The notes: generated from the sequence alone by a model not told the origin. 64,000 nt of DNA from Styela clava (GCF_964204865.1 NC_135258.1:8804001-8868000); one strand, 5' to 3'; positions 14,750 through 30,962 are shown, counted from the stretch's first letter. A program made the numbers and translations.

Positions 14750-17287
14750 CATTCTGTCTTCGCAGCATTGAAACAAACGTATCTGTAAATGTAATGGGAT
14801 TCATAAAAGAAGATAATCCCCAAAAGGACATGATTTTTGTTCATATTCATACGCAAAACCAGCATCACTCTGTGAATTACTGGGATGTGGTGGGCAAAAA
14901 CACCAAATATTGAAACTGAAATTCTTGGATGTGTTCAAAATTATAAATATATATTCGGATGTGGAAAAATCACAGTGCGTATAACCATCAGAGAAGTAAA
15001 ATGAAATAAATTGAATTTGTGCTTAAACATTAAATAATTATAACGTTGTAAATGTAATATTTGACAAAAATAAATTAAATGCTAGTACACAAAAGTATAT
15101 ATATACTTTTCTCATTTGTTTAATTTCGTAATATAACTAACCGCGTGTCACCTGTACAACAATTAAGATAAACTATTATTTCTAAAAATACCGTTGGAAA
15201 GTCTAGCTTCAATCACACGTTTTTTTAATTAAGTCACTAATTGCATATTTGACGGATACCTTGAGTTATGAACTTGGATAATTCGACAGAATACTTCGAA
15301 TAATTGTATGTTGAAGTTGCTATCAATTGAACAAATCTGTGGGAAGAAAAGTTTATTTTGTTACTTTTGTATTGCATCCGGAAGTTTGGGTTTAAAAATT
15401 GTTTAATTAAAGATGTTGCGCAAAACTTTTTTTGGGGTTTCCTTGAAGTTATATATCCACTACAGTGGTATTTTGAATGTCATGAAGTCTACAATTTGCA
15501 ACAACAAAGGAAAATGGCCAATATAGAAGCACTACCATGTTGGCACATTGAATACACACGTTTTCACTCATGTGCGATTCTACATAGTAGTTCATACAGC
15601 CACAAGTATGTAATTGCATTTGCTTTGATCACTTCCAATAAGATTGCAGAGCAGTCAATATTTGCCACATGAAGCCATTCATAATTTTGGTCAGTTCAAT
15701 CTCTCCCAACAAACAACCATCCATGTAATATATTCTTACTAACTTGCTGCATCATTCATTCTTTTTTAGCGGTTCACCAAACAATAGACCAAACAACAGT
15801 CGCCGTTTATGTTTGCAACAAGCCAGATTAAGCATTAAGAAATTTTTGTGCTGTTCTCGTACACAAACTTGTATTTCGTTCCATGCAACCGCATGCGCGT
15901 TCTAACTGTAGCAGTAATCTCAGAAAATATGCAGAACTAGCACATTTCAGTTCGCTAAAATGACCGTTCCAGCGCATCAGTTTCTTGCTAACGAAATATG
16001 GACGAATGCTGCACTGCCATGTTTGAACTTTAGATCGCATATCATAGCTAGTCCTACATACTCAGTGTCAACCCTAGCCAATTTGGCGAACGATCGTCAA
16101 TGTTGCACTATGTTATCGAGAAAAAGTTTTATGTTGAGACTTGAATGCACACAGGAGACATTGCTTTTACCAGACTATACACGCCAAACTCGGCGTAAGC
16201 GGCGGGTGTTCCTTCCGAGGGTACGGTAAAAATCTGGATTAATTTGTATTCAGAATCGTCAGTCTACTTCGCGAAGATAAATGAAAAAATGATGTTTTGG
16301 CAGTTTATTTGCGAACAAGTTTCATAAATATAAAATATAGTAAAAGCGAGCAACAATAATCAAAAAGCAATCAAAATAAACAGCAATACAAATGCGAAGA
16401 TAAACCAACACTCAAAAGTAAATCATAAAGTTGACATCGTAGCGGGTTTAGCTAATGTGTTGAATGAAAAGAAATTATTGGCAATTTTAAGGTAATTGGA
16501 TTTAATTTGTACGCTTCAATAGAATTATACGATTTTATAAACTGTAATTATTCACATTATGTGAAAGGGCCCTATTTCGTCATGTCAATAAACTTATGTG
16601 CAAATGGTGATCGAAGGAGCAGGAGGAGTACAAAGAGTGCTATTGAAAACAATGTTTTATCAGTGGTTTTATCATCGTGATTAACGGGTGCAAAAAACGT
16701 GCAAAAACTCCAAATCACAAAGTGCAATCTAATTCAACCCCATTTGTGAAATAAGAGGATAACTAATAATGTGCTTGTATTTGGATCATGCTTTCTGCAT
16801 GTCTTGGTGAAATAAAGCAGGCAACTGTAATTAGACAGAAAAATGTCAAAGGCAGTCCAGATCAAATTTTACATAACACATATTTATTCTTAAAACGTTT
16901 TTTGAGTAAATGCTTAGACTGAAGTGCAAAATTTGGTAAAACACGGATAAAAATAAAAATCAATAAAACAAAGTTAAATAGATGATGTACCGGAATGACC
17001 AATAAACAGTCACGTATGAGAAAAGACAGTTTGAGGTCAACATCATTTTTGTAGTTTCTATACATCTGCATTTCACTTATTTGAATAGCAGTGTTTATAC
17101 TGTTGTCCATTTTTTCTGTGTGCTTGGAGGACGTTCTTATTTACAAGAAATATTCTTTTCCTACACCTTGTTTTTCTTCGGATTCTAAACTTCGGACGTG
17201 CAACGCCACAATACGGCTTCATTTATCAGGAGGCATTTGTGCCTACATGGAACACTAGTGCAGAGTAGTTAATACCAAACAAAAACC

Positions 17288-20200
17288 TCAATTGCAAATG
17301 TGTTTGAGCACTGTTTCTGTACATTGCTGGCATTTTACATAACAGCACCACTGGAATTTGCAATGACAAGGCTTGACGGTTTCAACTTCGCGTGTCACGA
17401 AACCGCGTCCGCAACACATAAGTCCGCATCCGTCCATTCCAGTTGAGTCTTTGTTACACTCACGACCAGAAGTACCCATGACCCCCATTTTTGGATTTGG
17501 GTTGCAATAATCTGGCGAGGAGTCTAGAAATACGAGGTCGACAATGGTTGGTGATGCTATATTTCCCCATCTTGTTTTGAGTTGTCCACGATGAGTGACT
17601 TTCATCTCCACGGCACCTTGGTATCTTTGTCGTAACCTATCACCGACATCTCTGAAGTCAGGTACTTGCATCCAGCAAGTTTTTAAACTGCAAGAACCAG
17701 ACACTCCGTGGCATTTGCAAGTAGGTCTCGTGGCTCTGACAACACTCTAAAAAATAAATAGTATATTGGTAAAAGCGATACTTAATAACAAAAGAAAGTT
17801 TCATCAAATTCAAACGTAATGGACAAATTACGAAACATTTATATTTAAAGAATTTGAAAAATTGAAGTGCTCGGGATTGAGTCGTAAACACCCTGATAAT
17901 TTGAGATCATGGCTAAACAATCTTCAAAGATTCGTGACAACACATGACAGTAGTTTGGTTTGTAAATCTTGAAAGTTATACAGGATTATAAGATTTAATA
18001 TTGATGACGACATTCGCCATTCAAAACGAAGACAAGCTGGATTGACTTTACCAAAATATACCCAGAATGTGTATGTTATTAAGATGATTATGAGTTATCT
18101 TTATACTGATAAATCACATAAGCCGGAAATCGCGAAGTGGTCGTCTACCGAGACCCATTGTCCAGTTAAATCCAATGCTTTGCGAACACTCACTCACACA
18201 ACTATGGCCGCAGTTAGATGACCTTCCATGTAATATATTTATTAAAGACTTTTTGTAAAAAAAATAAAGCGAATCCATACTACCTTCGACATGGTTTAAT
18301 ACTCTAAACATGAACTGAGAAAAATTGGCGGTAATTTGACCTTTTGCGCACCCTAGTGTTTATATCTCTACGAGTGCTAAGCGTATGTTCCGTAATCTGA
18401 AATTTGATGGTTATCACCGTATGAAACAAGCAACAATTTGTCCGTGTTTTTATTTGTTTGTTTCAAGATAGATATCAGTATACCCACATTAAAAGGTAAT
18501 CCAAATTTACATAACAAATTTGTTTGATATTAGTGGTTGTTGATAAAATAGGGAGATATCCAGAAAATTGGAAATACTTGTATTTTGTCTGTTATTAGTT
18601 ACCAGCGGAATAATGTTTGTTGCGCAACATTTTGGTGATAATACAAAATACTCATATTTGATAAATTTGGAATTTTGAGAGTTTAGGCTATAGTTTATTT
18701 ACAGTATACTTGTAGTGAGTTTTCTGATATTTATTACAGCATAAAGAGGTAAAAGAAAAATCAAAGACCCAAAGCACATTAGATTTTATCTCTAAGTTCA
18801 AACATAACGCATCTGCATTTGATAGACAGTACATGTATTCAAATGTCATGAAGAGCAACTGTGTTCGATTGGTATCTTATAGGAACTATGTAATTAGAGT
18901 TAAATTTTGACGAGAAAAGCACAAATACGAAGAAACTAATTGAGGAATTTAAAAAGTTGCTGTAAATATTTCTCTATTTTCGAGAAGAGACAAAATGGGA
19001 TCGTGATGGAACGTTGCTTAGTTGTCTAGATAAAATTCCCAATTTAAACGGCCAATACACGACGAAAATATAGTCAGCCGTTTCTATAAAGTAGAATAGC
19101 ATTACTTTAGGTAAGGAATAGTTGCAGGCATTAGGTATTCAAATGTTGGTGAATATATATATATATATACATGATGAAACATAAAAAAGCTACTGAGCAC
19201 AATTGCTCATTTAACCACTGGAATTGTTCAAGTGTAAATCAACATTGCTTGTTTCCAATTTAATGAAAGCTTTGCTGAAATCTGCGAAGCTGCAAAGGTT
19301 GAATAAAATAATAGATTTATAAGTGTTTTGAGTTGTAGAGTTATGTGAATTGCGAATTCTTGTGCGTCGGCCAGACCATACGAATACTCAAAAAGTCATT
19401 AATCATACTCAAATCAAGCGGATATTTAGTATGAGTCCTCTTCATTTGAAAATGATTACACATCGGAGAACGTTACCAGAGTAATGAAAACAAGGTGACT
19501 CGATTTGTTTTTTTAATAATCGTAAGTTATTGAAATTACACATTTTAGTACACGATCAATCGTACTCTTGAAGGAAATAGTGGTATTATAAACAAACAAC
19601 AACGAAATCAATCAAAAATCGCAATTTTCACGTTTCGTTTCAAGAATTATATTCGTTCAGCTAGGTATCGTGTTGACCCAACGATGGAAGGGAAGGCTTC
19701 GGGGATCTTATGCCTAGACTTATGAGTTCAAATGACCGAGACTGTCAAGTCATGCAGCAGTCCGAAATCACATTGGGAGTGATTATTGGGTATAGATAGA
19801 TACTATCTACTTGATTCCATATAAGTTCTAAGCATTTTTGGTAAATATTTTTCCCGGATTCGATAATCTTTGGTTGTATTTTGATATTGTTTTGAATACA
19901 AATTTATTTTAACACCATGAAATCTCTAATACCGCATTCAAGTTGCATGAGTCACAAGTTCGTTCTGCTTTAATTTTAGTTTTATAAAGATCAATACACT
20001 AACCAGAGCACGTATATGAAAAAAAGCTCTCCCCCAGCCCCTTTCAGTGTATTGTAAACAAGAAAAGATTTGGTGGTTTTACACAAATAGGATTTTTAAT
20101 AGAAGGGTGGGGCTGTTAAGAATCACGTCTAAACGAGTACTTAAATAGCGTTAAAAGGTGTTAAAGCCCCACGCAGATAAACACGGTGGTCAAAAACCTC

Positions 20201-23200
20201 ATGAATTATGGCATGTCATTTTGTGTGGTAAGTGTCATCGAGAATGCGGCTAGATACCATTATGTTGGATTGTCACGTATAATATACAAAAAATTGCTTT
20301 GACGGATCAAACTAATCAAAGTTGGTCTCTGGTAACTTTTGGGCATTGGGGACATAAAAAATGACGATACCGAAAAATCGCTGGTAATTTTTGTGTCAGT
20401 TGACATATGGCTTTTAGATAAAACAATATAAATTGAATGTGTAATCCATGTATTATGAACTGAACGAATGACAAATAATTTAAAAATAAACGATTTTTGA
20501 ATTTACAACTTCGGAGACAGCATTTTATGTGATCGGAGTCGAAAGGGTATCGTCATTATTTACACTAGAGTTTACTTTCCGGATATACGGGGCATCAAAT
20601 GGAAAGTAAAGTCGGAAGACAAACGACACACGCCCGGATGAGATTGTTTAAGTAACCCAATTTCTGGGAGCTATTAGAATGAATAGCTGTGAAAATCACA
20701 CTTGCGCGCTGGATGAAAACAAGAGTAGTCGAAAGTATCGGCCGCATAAAAGGGGGCTCTACATATTTGGGAAAGATGTTTGCACAACACAAAACGCGGA
20801 CAATTGTAGACTAGGGCATTTACACGTTTTAGAATTAATGTCACAATGGGAAAAGTAACGACAAAAAAACGTCCACGTTGAAATGACGTCACCTCATCGG
20901 TGACGTAGTGTTGTTTATTCTAATTTATAATATTTTCAATGAACCTACCACTCGTCCAGCTTCATTGTTATGTATATTCATTGTCCGCCGGGATTTTGTC
21001 TTCTTATCCTGCGGTGATTGACTTTCTCTTTCACGTGCATCTATGAATTCATGTGCAAAACCATAGGCGTAGTCTGTGTCGTCGCCACACCCTCCCCAAG
21101 ACTGAAATATCATAAGATTTGAAAAAATGAGTATGATAAAATAATAATGAAAAATAGTTCAGTCTATTTCTGTTATTGTGATTTCGACAGGGTGGCTAAT
21201 TCACGAAAGCAGGTCGTACAAATTTATTAGTTTTTACTTACCCAATCGTTAGATAGTCCATCGGGCCGACTGTGCTTACTACAACCACAAGCTTTGAGTT
21301 CTCCGTTCTTGCACGCTCTTGCAATTGCATGAACAACTCCAGCTGACGTGATGGCGTAGGAAAAAGCAACTTCTTTGCTCCCTGAAAAGGAATAGCGACT
21401 AGATAAATATATTGATTTAAGATGGTTTATCTTTACCCTCCATCAGCTTTTTTGTTTACACGCTCTTTACATCATCTATTAGGTGTTATACGGTGTTGCA
21501 GCTCCATAAAACAATGGGTCAACAACAGAATACCGAAACTGGGTTAAGCTAAATTCTGAAAGTTATGGCCCATCAATCGGCGACCGTAGATGTATGTTTT
21601 GATAACAAAGAAAAATGTGGGGTTAAATATGCCAAATAAAACTTCAACATGGGAAATTCCCGATCACGTTTGATTGAGGATATATCAGTTCAACTTTAAA
21701 GACTTTTTAGCTGAACTTACAAAGGTGAGAACTGCTGTTGACCCCGAGTTTACAATCTTCTCAAGCGCATACAAAGATTTCTAAAATTGGTTTTTCGTTT
21801 GTTTACAAATCAGATATTTTTTCAGAAAAAGATATACTGAGCATAGAAGAATGAGTTTTTGAGAAATTGCCAAATATTTATGAAAACTGATGATATTTTT
21901 AGAAGTGCTTTATGGTCTTTATGCTTATAACCTTAAAAGATGATCTCATTAAAATATTCAATCTTGTAGCAATTATTTTTGCAATAAAAATGTTCTATTA
22001 TATCACATACATTGGCAATAAAAATTAACAAAAGTATTGAAATATATTTGCGTGAGTGTGCAGCAAGACTCTGAAATCACCTAAAACTATTGAAGTCTTT
22101 TAAACATCTCCTGGAATGCGTAGAGAGACATAGAAATGATTCGATTTATTTTCAGTTCGAAGCTTGATCAAACATATTTATTTGTTTTGTTCTTGAAACT
22201 ATGTGACTAATTCCCCAATAACGAGCATGTAACCATCTTTTGCGGCAAATCAGAAAAGGTTGTTAAGAGGATACGCCAAAATAGGAAACAAAATCAATCC
22301 CAATAATGTGGACATGAAAATACGGCTGTATTGCTACAAACAGATTTAAAAGTTGTTTTAGCACGCTAACATAATTTTACTTTTTTTCGGCAAATAATTG
22401 AAAAATAAAATGAAATATATTGCCCTCGCGGTATAGAATAAAAAACTTTTTACGTCGTAAAACGTTTAATCTTTTTTTTAAGTAAGTTTTCTTATTACGA
22501 CTGAAAATGCTAATGGTGACAGTATAACAACACCCTGTAACACTAATTCAAATTTGTTCAATATAATGGTTTACGATATTTTGGGTCATGTTCGGGGGAC
22601 ACTTTAGATGTCATTGAAGATAACTGTCTTAATCAGTCAATAATTGTCCCTTTCAAATGTGATCAAATTTGTCAAATCAAAAAGAAAATTTAACTCTAGT
22701 TCCTTTCTAAACTTAGATATTACACCACTGTTACTGAAGAGCTATTAAAAACGTAGAATGTTATATTGATCATTATTCTATTAGCACAGAAAATGAAACA
22801 GCTGCGGAAATTTATTTTTCTGTTTTATTTCTTTAAAATTTCCTCCAAATTTACGTCGCGGCAGGGTCACACGGTAAATACAGACCATCAGCGAAAACGC
22901 ACGTTTGTCCCAATTCTCATATAATTATTGTTTTCTGTCAACACAGCTATAAACCATTAAAGAGTCGCAACATTTTGCCCTTACACTACGGAGAAAGTGT
23001 GACGCCGTGTGAATCATACACGAATACAAAAAACAGATACCTCATAAGATAGGCCAACCAAGAAACTTAGCGAGTTGCTTTGATGTAACGGCAATTCCGC
23101 CAAACCCATGCGTTTCTAATGCCATAATAAAAGAAACGCCTAATTTTCAGACCCCGAACTGTATATTTACTGTACCATACAAAGTGTGCTTTGATACGTC

Positions 23201-26200
23201 CTCGGTTTTTGTACTCACAGCAATTATATGTCATTAGTGTAAAGTATGTGAGAATTTTTTCTCTACACATCAGACCACACATACAGGTAAAACGTATATT
23301 GTAACAGAATTTAATTTCAATAGGTCTTTCATCTTGTTTCAACAAAATCATTTTGTCATGTTAGCTAAAAGGCCTTTTTTGTTATAAAGACTACAAATTC
23401 ACTTTTCTTTGTTTTAACTCCAATGGTCTTAATATGGATTGTGAAGTATAGAATCTGTAACTCGGAGGCGAGGCGCCTGTTTCAACGGTTATATAGGTGC
23501 CAAGTTGATAGTTCGATAGCTCACTGAGATGTAAACACAGAGCAAGCTTTTAGCAATTAAATATAGCGATGACTATCATACTTTCATTTTGTTAAATCGC
23601 TCGACCGGATAGCCATCGTGATACTGCTGTATATCTATCTCATAAACAATAAAATGTGGTAAAATATAAAACATATTATTGCGTTTGACACTGAAATTCA
23701 TGTTTAGGCTTCGAAAGTAAGTATGACGAAACACGCACTTGTTTGTATATTATTTATAATTACATTTCGATCTTAATAATTAACCAATCAGTAATAATGT
23801 CCTATTTTGGATTCGTGCAATTCTCCAATTGCGTGAATAAACTTGTTTTATTATAATGCTGAAAGCGTTTTGTTATCTTATTACGATTCATTACAAATTA
23901 CAATTCGGTGTTACTTATTTCTAAAGTACTAAATTAACAAATGATGTCAATCTACCCATCACGTCATAATATATTAGGTTCCTTGGAGAACTAAAATAAA
24001 AATTGGGGCAAAAATAGGTAATCGAATTAACAATCAAAACAAACTTAATTTTTGCCTTTCTCTCCAGGATTACAGACGAACCACGCATAACTTTATTCAT
24101 GGCTAGTCCAAATTAAATGACGCGATCGTCATTAAAAGTGAGACGCTTCAATTAGTCGTTTGAATCTCAGTGATCATAAATGTTGATTGTTTATTTTAGA
24201 AGTTTTCCATTGCTAAATATTGAGAAAATACACATCTAAGTATACATTTAGTTTAGGCTGGTCAGTAAAAGTTTTAAAGCAATGACGTTATATGATAAGG
24301 TGTACCGCCCGTTTTATATAAACAATAATGGTTTATATTGTTTGCAAACCAAGGGTGAAATCGTTAGCAAGGTAGGAGAAAGGGGAAATGTCGATATACA
24401 AAGGTCTCTCTGCTAGAGACAAGCCCTGGGGGCCTTAACGGGAACTATATGTTAACTCGAAAACTACTATTTACCAACTGTCGAAATAAGTATTTTAGCA
24501 AAAAACGAAATGTCATTAAGTTTGTTGCTTGATATACACCGAGTTGTGTTGCGTTTCGCTTGAATCCCAATAATAGTCAGTGACCTGGAGTTTGAGCGTA
24601 AAGTTAATAAAAACAACACATTCGAATATTTTAGGGTTGTTGATTGAAATCTCCTAAAATATCACCATTAAAAGATACGGGGTTGGATTTAGATTCAGTG
24701 ATGACAAACGAATGCGGAGTTTCAGTCATATTAACGATCGGTAAAGAAGGCATGCACGGTCAATTTCAAATTTCGACGACACATGGCCCGTGGTTAGCGC
24801 GAGGACGTAGCATACTTAAACTCGTTCGAATATTGACAATACACTCGGTTAGGAATGCGGAAAGGTAGACAAAGGCCACTTGGAGCCGTCTTAACCGGTA
24901 CTCCAACTATCATCAATATTAAGATTATACATGAATAGGGTACTCAAGTACGTACTGTAAGTTCAGAACAAGAGTTTTTATGTTACAACAATAGCCTTTG
25001 GTATGTATATATGATCCAAAAATAGACTTTATTGAATACATATAATTACTTCGTATAAAAACGTGAATTTGTTATTTTTATTATAAAGGACTGTCGGGAG
25101 TCGTTATTATAATTAGAATTCATCCATTCATCTATCTATTTTTAGCATGAATAATATTTCATTAACGGATGGTAATATTTTCTTATATCGATAGGTGGCA
25201 TTTGTCAGCCATTTGATAAAAGTAACGAAGCAAGTAGTTAACCCGATTGAGGGCATGAATCGCAGAACAGCGATGCAGTGCACAGTAAAGTTGCATATTT
25301 AAGTTCTCACCAACTGTAATGGATTTTTCTGGATTCGTTTCAGGTGACGTGCTACAATTCCATCTGCTTTCTTGCATTTGATGTTTGCATTCTGCCAAGC
25401 CGTTCCGTGCACCCATGTTTACGTAAGGCATATGGTCATTGTATCGGTGACATAGAGACCTCTGATTTCTAGACAGTCCGCGTAAATTATGACATTTAAC
25501 AGGACGACTTTCTTCTAATTCGATTCCTTCATTTGCCAAAGTCCTGCAAAATAAACGATATGGTTTAATTGAGAATTCCTTTTTGGGCTCTATACGTAAG
25601 AAGAAACTTGTCAAGCTGAACGATGTGGAATTTCACATTTATAGTCAACCCTCAAATGCATGTAAATTTTTTTAATATTTTTAACAGTCAATAGTTGAAA
25701 CATTCCAAAACGACGTGACGGCAACATTATCTTAATTTGCGCATCTGCAAACGCGCGAAAACATCTGATAATTGCCGGATAATGTCCTTATAATCAGCCT
25801 CCCATTAAGAAGATTACATATTTCATTGTCAAGTCCGCTGATACAGTAACGCAACAACATTTGGTTACAGACGAACGATACCGGACAAAATCATAATGTT
25901 CAATCGAACGGTAAACCGTTATTATTGAACTTATAAACTAGTAATTTAACAATTACTCGTGAACGTGGAAGTTGGTATACTATATAGAATGGTAATTTCG
26001 GGGTAGGGTTCAGTGTTTAACAACAAAATAATCTAAAAATAGTATGAAAAAATAATAGAGAAATTCCGATGCCGAAGTAGCGAATCAGGCATGTCATAAG
26101 GTGGCTGAACTTATAAAATATTTTACGACGATTAGGACCTATGGGCAGGGCATATTTTGAGATTATAAAAAAAACGTTTTGGTAAACGTAACGATTATTC

Positions 26201-29200
26201 CCCAAAATCAGCAGAATATGTAACTCTATTTTACAGTTATATTGATGAAAATGGTAATTATATATTAGAATGCCATAAGTGTGCAATTTAACAAGTGTGA
26301 ACGAGATTTCTTAATTTGATGGTTGTGGATCTTAATTTTCACCTTCGCTTACGGTATGTTTTTTAGCGCACGCGATTCGTTTCGGAATGATTCGCGTCGT
26401 TTCGCTTAACTGCGACTATCTTCCCTTTCTCATAATTGTTACGTTTGAGTCAACATAATTCGCTAATTTAGCAACGTTTTCCATGTTTTGATCGGCATCT
26501 ATGGGAGAACCCAACAACTTCTTGTTGACCTATAATGCGGTTCGACGATTTTCAAACAAGAGGAAGAAATTTCTCCAGTGCTTTTGCGCAATTTCAATGG
26601 CCCCGGAAGTCGCGGCTGTCAAATTTTATGCCATTCCGGCGTCGAAACAGCTATTTCAAATTTTAGGAAAACCGCCCTACTATTTGCCTTAACCACACGG
26701 CCGCTAATGAACCGGTATGCCATACCACCAAAACCAAAACCGCAAAAATCAAGGATAAGCCGTCTACAAGATCTTTATATTCATTGTTCGAAGTCACTTG
26801 GTGTACATAATGCAAAGCATGATTGGGAATTTAAGAAGTTACCGACAATGGTTAATCCGCACAAGAGATATAGAAAGTCTACTTCTTATCCGTTCATTAA
26901 CCTAGATACGTTATCCTGTTTAAGTCGTATAAATCGTGTATACGCTTACAGCTAAAGGCAATGTAAATCAATCTAGCCAATTTTAATTCACAAATCTTTG
27001 GCCAAAAATTCCACCTGCCATTCAAACAAATGTCCAGAATTTAACCCGGTTAAGTTTCAGATGGAACCAGTGGAATTTAGTGTTGGATGAGAAACTTGTC
27101 TTTTAGACCATATTGGACGATTGTCAATCCTATAATGGGCCGTGGATGACGCAATAATTGGTTATGACATCACTACAGTATTGTTGATGTTCTGTGGGGT
27201 CGTGAGAACCAGAAACCACCAATTTCGTGACTAAGCTTATAAAACCATCGGGGTAGCACATGAGGCCAAAAATAGAACTCGCCCACGATAATCTGCGGTA
27301 AATCCAATGAATCCAACATTTTTGAAGTACCCCAAATGTGGTCGAGCAATGTTAATGCCTGGCTAAGTACACGCTAAGCAATTATTTACTACAGGGTGAT
27401 CGTTACCTACCATACAACCAATTCTTATGTGATAATGTGGAACATGCAATGTGGATTTGAGGTACACATTGGTTTCTATATACTGGCACTCCAATTTACT
27501 GGGCTAACATTACCATCGCAGTCCTAAAATATGATGAAGGATGAACCAAAATAACATTCTATTTTTATCGACGATAAAGACGACTCTGATCTCTGAGATT
27601 TAAACAACTTATTCCAACCGATTAACATATTTTATGCGATAACCTTAAATCCTATTGTTAGTAAAGTTGAAAAACTGTGCATAATGAGTTGTATCCAATG
27701 GTCATTATTTCATTTACATCGCCGCAGAAAAAATTTAAAAATGAAAATATAATAAAATAATTAGGACAATTAATTACAGCAGAGTTTATATTTATTAAAA
27801 ATGCAAAGATTACTCAACGATACTTTATTTGTTTGCTCATTTGCATCACTATTAATTAGTTTATATCAATATTCCAACAAGACGGGGTCATAAACTTGTA
27901 TCGTTTATACAAATTTCTGCATTTATCATTTTAGTAATATAATTTTAGAGATGCATCGCCATAAAACTGTCATTTAGGGAGAGCGGCGATGTTGCTTGGC
28001 AATTACGACAAGACGAAGTGACTAATTGTTATTCCATCCATCCAATACAAATGTAACATCTACCAAACATGGTATATATTTTATTATGGTGGTTATTTGC
28101 AAATATATCTTAGGCCAAGTATCAATCATACATGGTCTGTAAATTTATGAGTTTTCGAATACGGATGTGAGACCAGCATGGGGCTTTGGCTTCTTGTTAT
28201 ACAGCGGAAATCATGGAATAATCTTCTCGATGTTGCGTCAAAATTCACCGATTCGTAAACAACGAATGGAGTTTGTTTACTTGCAGTTACTTGCACATAA
28301 CGCAACGTCACTACGTGTCGACTGTCAAGTATTATGGAGACCTAAAATCACTTTTCATTTTTTTTTCAATTCAATTAACGATAAAGTTGCCGAATGCTTC
28401 ATTTTCTTTTTATTATGTTATATATTTTCTGCCTACATTATCAGATGATTTCGAGTTACATTTTGGTGTTGTATTTCGGCAGGATTCTGCAATGATATCA
28501 TGAGATTTGAAATAATGCAAACTGCGAAACATTATTGGCCGATTCCAAACTAACAGACAATAAGAGTCGTGAAAAACATTTTAGTCCAGACTATCCCGTT
28601 GATGAGCTACGTTCTGCCCCGTTGCGAGTCGGAAGCATTTGGTATTATTTCAAAATATCACACCATTTCGAGGTTTCTCTGCGTGATCGCAGACAACAAG
28701 ACTGCTGAAGTACCGGCAAAAGTTATCGTCACAGACACAGGCGCGTGAGTAACACTAGACTTTTCCGAACACCGCGGGTATCCCGATACACGATTTCTCA
28801 CGGTGATGGTAAGGCTACCACCCCTCAAAAATAACAATAAGGTCACGTTGAAGGTCAACCTCACAAGAGGGCGCTGAAAATTGTATGCTGATATTTACTT
28901 TCTTAGATATGTTCACGCTTGTGTGGTATTTGAAATGATAAACATACACTTATCATGTATAATCTATACAAGGAAAAGAGCATATAAATTTGTCATCAAC
29001 GTGTTTAAAACCTTTTCCACTTTCAATATTGAAGACCAAACTTTGCATGCCTAATTGGATTTGGACGGCCAAGAGGTCTAAGCCTTCTATTGTTGCAGGG
29101 CTAAGCTCTTAAGAACCTACTAACAATACAAATAGAAATACTCTACTTCTTGTGATCATTAACACTTGTTCCAAGAAAGAAAAGCCACAAGATTATTTGA

Positions 29201-30962
29201 AAACAAAATTGAGGGTGACGTCATGTTTTAAATGTAATTTTGTTTTCGGTTATGATCTTCCGAATAATAATATAACCCTAAAACATGCAATTCATTACAC
29301 AAATATAAAATTAATCTAACAATAATATTTTGAGGAATGGCTGTATAAACTTAAAACATTGAACATTGAAGGTATGTATTGCCGACTCAAAATTTGTTTT
29401 TGGTATGAGGGAACGGATCTGTATTTATAACTAGCTGAAGCGAATGTTTGTATTTCAAAAAAGGTCATCCTTTTATTCTTTTCAAACGGAAATTGGTAGA
29501 AATATTCTGAATATCTGAGTGAGGAGTCACAAATTACTCCGGTAAACATTTAGTGTCCAGTATAGTACAGTCCAATAATTTGGGTACAATACTGAGTGTA
29601 ATGTACGAGTGATATTAGCCTGGCCACACGCAGTAAATAACATAATTTGCAACAACTGACTTAAAACGCACCATTGCCATTTCCTGTGGCGTAGCATGCC
29701 CTGCCTTAGCGTGACAAAGCCCACTTTACTACCGTTGGGGCATATCGTAAAATCGGCGCCAGAGAGGGTCCATCGAAATAGCGATTTTAGCTTAGACCAA
29801 TCCACACCGCCAACATGGGTTGCGTGATTCCGTATATGTCCCTGTCACCAGTATATCACAATGTTTTTTATATTTCCCACATATTATAAAAGGTGTCAGT
29901 TACAACCGACGTCAATCTCCGGTCACGAGGGCAAAGTTGGAATCAATAAAATACATATTATTTGACTTTTTGTGTAGGAATACGTTGATTTATGTCAAAC
30001 ATGCCCCGAATACAAGCACGGAACTATCAAGGGTCGAAAAAACATCTTAAAATGACACGAATGGTTTAAGCTGGAATGAAAACATTTGACGAAAACGGAA
30101 ATTATCCCAATACTTTGTGTTAACAAAATGTGTAAACTGCGACAATTGGTAAAAATTAGTTATTTGGAGGTTGAATTAAAGTATCAGCTGATCCATTTGT
30201 GATTAAAAGATAATAATTTTTAGTACCGTACGATAGATTGATACTTTGGTGAATATGTTACAAAGCAATTGAGATTTTACAGAGTCCGAAACTTTATCGT
30301 CCTAATCTCACAATGTATAAAATTTGATCAGCCATGAGTGATTTTAAATTTATTTGTGTTAAATATTTTAGCTTTCCTATAACTAACCCGCGTGCCAAAT
30401 ATTCCAGATGAAAAATGATTCCAATCCCTATCGCACAAAAACGAGCAAACGTGCAGCTGGCGAAATTAGAATAAAATCGTTCAAAACTTAAATCCTAACG
30501 ATCAGTAGATACTTTCACACCATTTCAAAAGCTTAGTTCACTTTTAGCTGATAATGACAGATTTAAAGATTTGGGGATTTGTGTTAATCTCGTAGCTTGT
30601 ACTGTGGTATAGTTACATTCACGGTATATGAATTTGAAATAAATTTTTTTTTATTCAAATAAATAGGTTTTGGTTAATCGAGCTATAACAGTTTTTATGT
30701 ACACATAGTAGATAATTGAGGCATATGAGTATATATAAAACTTCAGCCTCGATTAGCAATAGAACCTCGACTCCCACTTTTGTTTATGTTCAAATCTATT
30801 TCTCTTTCGTAGTCCAGCCAGGTCTATTTATAACTCGAAATAATAGGGTAAATAAAGATATTTAGAAGCTTACCAAAGTTGTCCTGAGCTTCTGGTCGCC
30901 AGGGAAAGTATAAAAACAGCTAATCCAATAGTCCAATGCCCGTAAACAGCGATCAAAGACAT
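17288..30962 (-). CDS. Wnt5: Wnt5-family secreted ligand, paralog B (357 aa, 5 coding exons)
   Basis: Minus-strand exons 30962-30874 ([30 protein letters not shown]), 25543-25311, 21381-21242 ([34 protein letters not shown]), 21101-20949 ([27 protein letters not shown]), 17746-17288 ([32 protein letters not shown]). Same intron phases as paralog A; 1074 nt open frame. Confidence 0.94.

Noticed and set aside
26017-30050. ORFs within Wnt5-B intron 1 (e.g. 26578-26955, 29527-29805) as nested genes or retroelement fragments
   Set aside because: No RT, endonuclease or transposase motifs recognisable; no splice or paralog support.
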